Assembly: GCA_964398685.1 (NCBI GenBank) | Contig: CAYNNF010000003.1 | Span: 11,184-61,854, forward strand | Direction: 5' to 3' | Source of the DNA: an uncultured Candidatus Saccharibacteria bacterium | GTDB taxonomy: Bacteria > Patescibacteriota > Minisyncoccia > JBAYJV01 | Length of the DNA: 50,671 bases | In this document: one piece after another, positions 44,894-50,671 of the stretch | How positions within the stretch are numbered: position 1 is the first letter of the stretch | Layout of the letters: every line of letters starts with the position of its first letter | The notes under the pieces: generated by a model | Databases searched by the model: none | Told to the model about the DNA's origin: nothing | What the model saw: the letters and a program-made list of their open reading frames with translations, nothing else | Program-made: the position numbers and the translations under genes

Positions 44894-45062
44894 AAACTTT
44901 TTTATTTATAAGATGTTTCTAAACCTTGGATATACATGCTTAATGCTGCTATATCAAGCGCATCTTGAATTTTTCCGTCAATAACAAAATAATACCACCT
45001 TCCTCCGAGATGGTATTATTGATTTAGTTTAAACTAAGTTGTTTTTCTGTTCTAATAACAGC

Positions 45063-45338
45063 TTATTCTGTTGTTCCTTCTGCGGGAAGTTCTTCTTCAG
45101 GTAAAACTTCCTCTGGCAAGACTTCTTCTCCCGGTAAAACTTCTTCAGGTTGAACTTCTTCTTCCGGTAAGGCTTCTTCAGGTAGAATTTCTCCTTCTGG
45201 CAAGACTTCTTCCTCTGCGGGTAGATTTTCTTCTCCAGCAGGAGCTTCTGTTTTTTGGGTAACAACCAAAACTATAAGAACAACAATAATAACAGCAATA
45301 ATTATCCAAATCCATAAATTCTTATTTTTCGCATCCAT
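45063..45338 (-). CDS. Small membrane-anchored protein with acidic Pro/Glu hexapeptide repeats
   Basis: N-terminal TM (LWIWIIIAVIIVVLIVLVV), then ~9 imperfect repeats of (E/G)E(E)(V/A/I)LP(E), encoded by an ~18-bp DNA periodicity at 45066-45239. Confidence 0.6.
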   Translation of the reverse strand: MDAKNKNLWIWIIIAVIIVVLIVLVVTQKTEAPAGEENLPAEEEVLPEGEILPEEALPEEEVQPEEVLPGEEVLPEEVLPEEELPAEGTTE

Positions 45339-45532
45339 GTTTTAATTCCTTTCTAAAAAATAATATAAATACTGTCGACCTTATTAATTTCTAATCCTAT
45401 TCTAATGCGTCTTTCTAAAAAAGTAAAGGTAAGATATCTAAAAAATTGTGGATAAACTTCTTAATAATTAGAATAACATGTTTGCCATTTATTTTTCCGT
45501 TGTCAGGTAAAAATTTTAACATTTACTATTTT

Positions 45533-46684
45533 TTAGACAAACCATTTTTCCATTTCTTTCGCTCTCGCTTTCTTTTTCTTCATAATAATTTTTCTCTGTT
45601 TAAGCGCTTTGGGTATTTGCCTAAACATTTGTGGTAAAATTTTTAGGATTCTCGGCTCAAATAAAATTATATATCCCCATGCCCTAATTTCTTTCCAAAT
45701 TATCCAAGGAAAATGTTTAATATATAACCCTAGTGTTTCGTTCTTTATCTGCATTAATCTTTGATTTTTAAAAGAAATTGTTTTGGCAAAAAGAGAAATG
45801 TTTCTTCTTTCTCTAACAATATCTAGTGATTTTTTTGACGCGCTCTCGCCAGCGCCCCTTTCGTGATAAGCCAAAATATTTGGAACATAAATTGTTTTCC
45901 ATCCATATAATTTTAATCGCCATGCCAAATCCACATCTTCCTTATAACAGAAGAAAGATGAATCAAAATACTCTCTTAGTTCTTCTTTCTGAGTCACCCT
46001 AGGCGACGAAGAATTAGAAGGACTTAGATCCGCCGAAGCCCTGCCTATCGGCAAGGCAGGTTTACACGAAGACGGGCTCGTTTTTTTGACACTAAAGCTT
46101 GGCAATTTTACATCTTCAAGCGCTTTCCTGCGATAAATTGGTACTGCGCCATCTGCCCCAAAAATTTCTTCCTGTTGATTAAATTGCCCCTTATCTGTCT
46201 GTCCTTGCCCGCGATTAATAATTCTTCTATTTTTAAGCATTAGAAGACCAGTTGTATCAAAAATATTTTTGGGTTTTCCTTTTTCAAAATCATATTTTAA
46301 AACCTTTGGTTGAAGAGCTGCAATTGTTTTATCTTTTTCTAAAATTTTAATTGCCTCTGTTAAAAAATCGGTTGTTAAAATTGCATCTTGATTTAAAAGC
46401 ATTACATATTCACCGTCAGTTATTTTAATCCCTTGATTGTGTCCAGCCGCAAAACCGACATTTTCTTTATTTTTAATATATGTAATCTTCCGTGTGTGTT
46501 CCGTGTCTTTTTTTGTTCCGTGTAAATAATCTCTGATTATTTTTTCTGTGCCATCCTTAGAATCATTATCAATAATTAAAATTTCGTAATTTGGATAATC
46601 TTGCGCAAGCGCTGAATCTAAACAAAGCTTTAAATATTTTTCGGCATTCCAAGTTAAAATGTTAATGTTTACTTTTGGTTTCAT
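45533..46684 (-). CDS. Family 2 glycosyltransferase carrying an in-frame GC-rich insertion
   Basis: NINILTWNA, LIIDNDSKDGT and YKEDVDLAWR GT2 blocks. About 35-40 extra Ser/Pro-rich aa lie between the ..YRRKALEDV and ..FFCYKED blocks when compared with the two GT2 paralogs in this window. Confidence 0.85.
   Translation of the reverse strand: MKPKVNINILTWNAEKYLKLCLDSALAQDYPNYEILIIDNDSKDGTEKIIRDYLHGTKKDTEHTRKITYIKNKENVGFAAGHNQGIKITDGEYVMLLNQDAILTTDFLTEAIKILEKDKTIAALQPKVLKYDFEKGKPKNIFDTTGLLMLKNRRIINRGQGQTDKGQFNQQEEIFGADGAVPIYRRKALEDVKLPSFSVKKTSPSSCKPALPIGRASADLSPSNSSSPRVTQKEELREYFDSSFFCYKEDVDLAWRLKLYGWKTIYVPNILAYHERGAGESASKKSLDIVRERRNISLFAKTISFKNQRLMQIKNETLGLYIKHFPWIIWKEIRAWGYIILFEPRILKILPQMFRQIPKALKQRKIIMKKKKARAKEMEKWFV
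46011..46077 (+). repeat. GC-rich miniature element (copy F3) inside the GT2 coding sequence
   Basis: gaattagaaggacttagatccgccgaagc-cctgcctatcggcaaggcagg-tttacacgaagacgggct. It shares gaattagaag with F1/F2, tccgccgaagc with E1, and an ...acggg end. Internal hairpin cctgcc/ggcagg. Confidence 0.55.
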
Positions 46685-48288
46685 GCGAATTTATATGAAT
46701 TATTAAACGAATTAATACGAGTGAGAGAAAAGAGGATTGTCACTTCCGCCACAAAAAACATCATCACCCTCGCGTCAAATAAGGCAACATCAAATAAGCA
46801 ATAAGTAAAGACCCATAAAAAATAAAATCCTAAGAATATTTTTAAAATACTTAAGGAATCATTTTGGGGTTTTTTAAGACCAGCCCAACACTTTTTTAAA
46901 ATTTCGTAGAAAATCATTATAATTAAAATCATACCCAAGATACCCATTTCTACGGCAGAATTTAAATAGATATTATGGGCGGTTGAGCCCGCTTTTTGGA
47001 GCAAAACATCCTGTTCTAAAATTACAGGAAAATTACCAATCCCTACGCCTAAGAAGGGATGTTTGGCTATAGATTTTATACTTTCTTTCCATATAAAGAG
47101 ACGGCCCTGATTGGATGTTTCTGTGAGATCAATAATACTTCTTAATCTTTTAAGCGTAAGCGCGCTATCGGTTTTATCCTGACCATTAAATTGTGGAACA
47201 GAAAGGAAAAGAGAAGACAATAAAAGCGCTAAAATAAAAATTAATAATGAACTTAACGCAAATTTAAAAATATTATTCCGGCGATTTTTCAAAACAAGAT
47301 ATGTCGCCACGATAAGGGGAATTCCTACGCTAATCCAAATACCCCTAGTGCCTGAAAGGGCGATAGAAAACTGTATTAAAAGAAAAACGATTCCTTGAAA
47401 AATTAGCACTGCGTCTATTTTTTTGCTCTTCAAAAAGCGAATCGCAATTAGCCACAATAAAAGAGGGCTTGCAAGAACAAGATAGAGCGCGAAAGAATGA
47501 GAGTCGGTAAAAGTTGAAAAAACCCGCAAGGTTGGAGAACGCCCTTCGTAATAAGAGAACCAAGTATTGGCTCGAGCAACAATATTGGCAAGGTTATTAC
47601 CATAAAAAGTCAAGGAGACATGCCATGTCCACCATCCCCAAAAATGTCCCAAACTCGTAAAATAAGCAAAGATTAACTGACAAAGTCCAATTAAGAAAAC
47701 GAGAAAAGATGATGCAAATAAATATTTAATGCCTTTTTTAAAAAGCTTTTTATCTCGCGCTAAATGAAGCGCTAACGGATAGATTAAAATCATTTGAAAA
47801 ATATAGAAAAATCTTTTCAGGGCAACAATTTTGTCCGTTGCTACAAAAATTGATAAAGTCACTAATAAAAAATAAAGAAGAGTCCATAGTTCTAATTTAT
47901 TTTTTTTAAGACGGCTCCATGCCTTTTGAAGAAGATTTTTAAAAAAATCAGGTTTGGATAACGATATAAAAGGAAACTGAGCCAATAAAAACCTGTAAAA
48001 AAGAATTAAAATAGCAATCCGCCAAATATTTAATGAATCAAAACCGCGAGAAACAGGCAAGGCAACAAAAAAAGGAAGAGAAGCTAAAAAGAAAAGAATA
48101 CCATCTTCTATCTTCATTAAAAAAAGATAAAAGAAAATTAAAAAAGCCGATCCTAAAATTACTTCACGAGGCAAAAAACCAAAAACAATGCCGAATAAAA
48201 TAATTAAGTTAAAAATATAGAGAAGGTATAAAGGATTAACAAAGATATTTTTTTTAAAAAAAGACATGAATTTAATTTCAAATGACAA
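46681..48288 (-). CDS. O-antigen ligase/polymerase-like (Wzy_C family) membrane protein
   Basis: At least 10 hydrophobic helices and a LSGTRGIW loop typical of the family. The listed start is TTG (48288); the first ATG is at 48267. Confidence 0.7.
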   Translation of the reverse strand: MSFEIKFMSFFKKNIFVNPLYLLYIFNLIILFGIVFGFLPREVILGSAFLIFFYLFLMKIEDGILFFLASLPFFVALPVSRGFDSLNIWRIAILILFYRFLLAQFPFISLSKPDFFKNLLQKAWSRLKKNKLELWTLLYFLLVTLSIFVATDKIVALKRFFYIFQMILIYPLALHLARDKKLFKKGIKYLFASSFLVFLIGLCQLIFAYFTSLGHFWGWWTWHVSLTFYGNNLANIVARANTWFSYYEGRSPTLRVFSTFTDSHSFALYLVLASPLLLWLIAIRFLKSKKIDAVLIFQGIVFLLIQFSIALSGTRGIWISVGIPLIVATYLVLKNRRNNIFKFALSSLLIFILALLLSSLFLSVPQFNGQDKTDSALTLKRLRSIIDLTETSNQGRLFIWKESIKSIAKHPFLGVGIGNFPVILEQDVLLQKAGSTAHNIYLNSAVEMGILGMILIIMIFYEILKKCWAGLKKPQNDSLSILKIFLGFYFLWVFTYCLFDVALFDARVMMFFVAEVTILFSLTRINSFNNSYKFA

Positions 48289-48359
48289 GATCCAAATGCC
48301 AAATCAATTCCTCAATGACTAAATGCAAATTTAGCATTTTAATTTTAATCATTCATTTA

Positions 48360-49517
48360 TCATTTGAACTTTGAAATTTGGCATTTAAGCGCCCGTAAGG
48401 TGCGCTTGGCGCATTTTTCCCAAGAAAATTCCTGTGCTTTTTGAATGCCTTGTTTTTTAATCTTTTGATAATTTTCCTTATCTTCAATTGCCTTTTTCAT
48501 CATTTGATAAATTTCCTTAATATCTTGAGGGTTTTTTATCCAAAAACAGTTTTTACCCGTTGTCTCTTTAAGCGCCTCGGCATTACCGCATATCGCGGGT
48601 AATCCACATCTCATTGATTCTATGGTCGGCAAACCAAATCCTTCATAAATTGATAAATAAATAAGAGCGTACGCTCCGCGATAAAGCGCCGCTAATTCTT
48701 TATTCTCCACGAAAAACGGTTTATAAATGATCGCTTGCCTTTTCAGTTTAAAATTTATCTCTTTTGTTATGGCACTGATATTCTGAGCGCGAGTAAAATC
48801 TTTGCCGATGATCAAATACTGAAAATCAGAATACTTCTTGGCAATTTCTTGAAAAGCTAAAATTGATTCAGTTACGCATCTTCTTTCAAAAATTGCAGCC
48901 GCGAATAAAAAATAATTTTTCTTAATTCCATCTTTTCTTTTAATGAAATTTTCATTTTCTTTTCTTTTTTTTAAATAAAAAACTTTATCGGCTGCTAATC
49001 GCGTTACTATTATTTTATGAAATTGAATTTTATAATATTTGTGAATTTCTTTTTTAGTAAATTCAGACGGCGTAAAAATAATATCGGCTTTTTCTGCTGA
49101 TTTGCACCCCATCCATTTAACTAAAATCTTATCCCAAAAACCGCGAAAACGGAACCATTCAGGATGCGCTTCATAAATTATATCATGGATTGTGAGCGCC
49201 GTCTTTCCTTTATAAAAAAACGGCAATAGATAAGATGGTGAAAATAAAATGTCAACTTTATCTTTTTTTGCTTGTCTTGGTAGAAGCCAGTGCTGGAAAA
49301 GGGCAGTACTTGAAATTTTTCCTTTAAGAATTTTCCTTTTAAAATTTTTACTCTGAGGAATTTTTTTAGCTGACTCATCTCTGTCTACATATAAGATAAA
49401 GTTAATATTTTTTTCTTTTTTCCAAAAATTCAAAAGATTGAGAACATATCTCTCGATGCCTTTTTGGTCTTTAATATGATAACAGTCAATGCCTATTTTC
49501 ATAATATCAAATATCAA
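48360..49517 (-). CDS. GT-B fold glycosyltransferase (family 4/1-like)
   Basis: YEGFGLPTIESMRCGLP (E-x7-E motif). 385 aa. Confidence 0.85.
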   Translation of the reverse strand: MIFDIMKIGIDCYHIKDQKGIERYVLNLLNFWKKEKNINFILYVDRDESAKKIPQSKNFKRKILKGKISSTALFQHWLLPRQAKKDKVDILFSPSYLLPFFYKGKTALTIHDIIYEAHPEWFRFRGFWDKILVKWMGCKSAEKADIIFTPSEFTKKEIHKYYKIQFHKIIVTRLAADKVFYLKKRKENENFIKRKDGIKKNYFLFAAAIFERRCVTESILAFQEIAKKYSDFQYLIIGKDFTRAQNISAITKEINFKLKRQAIIYKPFFVENKELAALYRGAYALIYLSIYEGFGLPTIESMRCGLPAICGNAEALKETTGKNCFWIKNPQDIKEIYQMMKKAIEDKENYQKIKKQGIQKAQEFSWEKCAKRTLRALKCQISKFK

Positions 49518-49553
49518 AGTTTAAATATCAAATAAATGTCAGATAACTAAATG

Positions 49554-50555
49554 TCAAAATATTATTTTTTGACATTTGGATTTTGTCATTTTGATTTCTC
49601 CATATCTCCCTCTCCAAAAATCCCAAGTTGCTTTAATTAGTGGTTTTACCCACTTCCTTTTTTTAGGCAAAAATATTTTAAACGGTTGTTTGGTTAATTT
49701 ATAAACAGAGTAGAAAACAACAAGAATTTTTTGCTGCAAATTTCCGTTTTTCCACGCTAAAAAATATCCATTGCGCATAAGATAATAAATATAATTAAAA
49801 GAAAGATATTCCGTTGAATGATATCCTTTATGATAAATTATAGCGCTGGGCACAATTGCATGAAAGTATTTTTTTTCTCTTGCTTTAACCGCCCAATCAG
49901 AATCTTCATAATACAAAAAATAATCTTCATCCATGTAGCCAATATCGTCCAAAACTTTTTCGCTTAATAATAGCGCGGTACCGGTAATGTAGTCAGTTGT
50001 AAACGGATCATTATTGTTGAGTCCTTTTTTTGTTTTACCATGATCTTTTAAAGTAGCGCTTGTCAAATTTTTATTAATAAAACCGCCGTTTGAATAAATT
50101 GTTTTTTTATCTTCATAAAAAATTCTTGGACCTAAAAAGCCAAGTTTTTTTCCTTTTTTAATTTCGGCCTTTATGGCCCTATAGCTTTCCGGCTTTACGG
50201 CCACTCCTATTAATTTTTTAAGAAAACCTGGCTCAATGGTCGTATCTGGATTCAAGAGCAGAAAATAATTTGATCCTAATTCTTTCGCTTTTTTAATTCC
50301 TAAATTACAACCGCCAGCAAAGCCAAGATTTTCTTTTGATTCTATTAATCTTACTATTGGGTGTTTATTGTCAAGCATCAAGTGTTTGAGAAAATTTTTA
50401 ATTTTCTCATAAGAATTATTCGCTGAACCATTATCAATAACAACAACATTAAAATTAGGATAATCTAATTTAACTAAACTTTTTAAACAATTAATGGTTT
50501 CTTCAAAACCGTTATAATTGACAATAATAATCGAAACTTTAGGATTACTTTTCAT
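49554..50555 (-). CDS. Family 2 glycosyltransferase
   Basis: VSIIIVNYNG, VVVIDNGSAN, GFAGGCN, YYEDSDWAVKAR. Confidence 0.88.
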   Translation of the reverse strand: MKSNPKVSIIIVNYNGFEETINCLKSLVKLDYPNFNVVVIDNGSANNSYEKIKNFLKHLMLDNKHPIVRLIESKENLGFAGGCNLGIKKAKELGSNYFLLLNPDTTIEPGFLKKLIGVAVKPESYRAIKAEIKKGKKLGFLGPRIFYEDKKTIYSNGGFINKNLTSATLKDHGKTKKGLNNNDPFTTDYITGTALLLSEKVLDDIGYMDEDYFLYYEDSDWAVKAREKKYFHAIVPSAIIYHKGYHSTEYLSFNYIYYLMRNGYFLAWKNGNLQQKILVVFYSVYKLTKQPFKIFLPKKRKWVKPLIKATWDFWRGRYGEIKMTKSKCQKIIF

Positions 50556-50671
50556 GCGGTTATAAAATAGTCTAATTTTTTGAAACTTTCAGGTCAACCA
50601 ACAGTTTTAATAAACTGTTATAATTGACAATAATAATCGAAACTTTAGGATTACTTTTCATGCGGTTATAA
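50511..50671. repeat. 55-bp direct repeat (50511-50565 and 50617-50671) duplicating the 5' end of the GT2 gene
   Basis: The two copies gttataattgacaataataatcgaaactttaggattacttttcatgcggttataa are identical, 106 bp apart. The second copy runs to the last base of the window. Confidence 0.9.

Noticed and set aside
45029-45265. 78-aa (minus) and 63-aa (plus, 45071-45262) ORFs overlapping the acidic-repeat gene
   Set aside because: They are open only because the 18-bp periodic repeat lacks stops in several frames. Only the 45063-45338 frame has a TM anchor and start context.
48289-49560. Clusters of TTGNCATTT / AAAT(A/G)TCA words upstream of the Wzy-like and GT4 genes, as possible regulator sites
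   Set aside because: The motifs are short, AT-rich and degenerate in AT-rich spacers. One pair simply forms a hairpin across the GT2 stop (aaatgtcaaaa / ttttgacattt). I cannot distinguish this from chance without genome-wide statistics.
1-50671. Alternative genetic code (UGA recoding, as in Gracilibacteria/SR1)
   Set aside because: Long conserved genes are uninterrupted under the standard code, and TGA terminates well-supported genes (e.g. 44004-44006, 49554-49556).
1-50671. tRNA, rRNA, tmRNA or RNase P genes
   Set aside because: I scanned the intergenic regions for T-loop (GGTTCGAAT-like) and cloverleaf patterns by eye and found none. The largest spacers (786-971, 18239-18572, 44832-45062) are explained by repeats, leaders or terminators. 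A tRNAscan/Infernal run would be definitive.

Overview
This is a low-GC, gene-dense chromosomal segment with about 45 plausible CDS, nearly all on the minus strand. It looks like a Candidate Phyla Radiation / Patescibacteria-type genome. TGA is used as a stop codon (e.g. 44004, 49554), so the code is standard.

Core genes:
- rpsF-ssb-rpsR, with no L9 gene after it
- recA and ftsK
- rpoB-rpoC followed directly by rpsE-rplO, with no L30 gene between S5 and L15
- dnaB, recR, rplU, secDF
- gdh-trxB-glutaredoxin

The segment from 41.0 kb to the window end is a surface-glycan locus: an RmlC-like cupin, RmlB, four glycosyltransferases and a Wzy/O-antigen-ligase-like protein.

Most notable observations:
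1. A type III R-M pair (mod 22822-24903, res 18573-21254) is split by three co-oriented genes: a membrane-anchored protein, a KTSC protein and a NYN-fold nuclease. A near-consensus antisense promoter lies at the NYN/res junction.
2. A family of GC-rich miniature elements has conserved termini (GAATTAGAAG...ACGG). There are four copies, one translated in frame inside a GT2 gene.
3. A 341-aa Ser1/Thr+1 LAGLIDADG intein interrupts RmlB at the AAE/(S,T)HVDRS motif.
4. A 213-aa orphan gene of about 50% GC has its own promoter, strong SD and terminator, wedged between glutaredoxin and the glycan locus.
5. A soluble TraD/VirD4-like ATPase with a CxxC-x17-CxxC tail sits beside a membrane partner and a sigma-region-4 + HARE-HTH protein.
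6. Perfect TTATCCACA boxes occur only in intergenic DNA, all in one orientation.

No rRNA, tRNA or CRISPR array was recognised. All family assignments are motif recognition by eye; no database search was possible.
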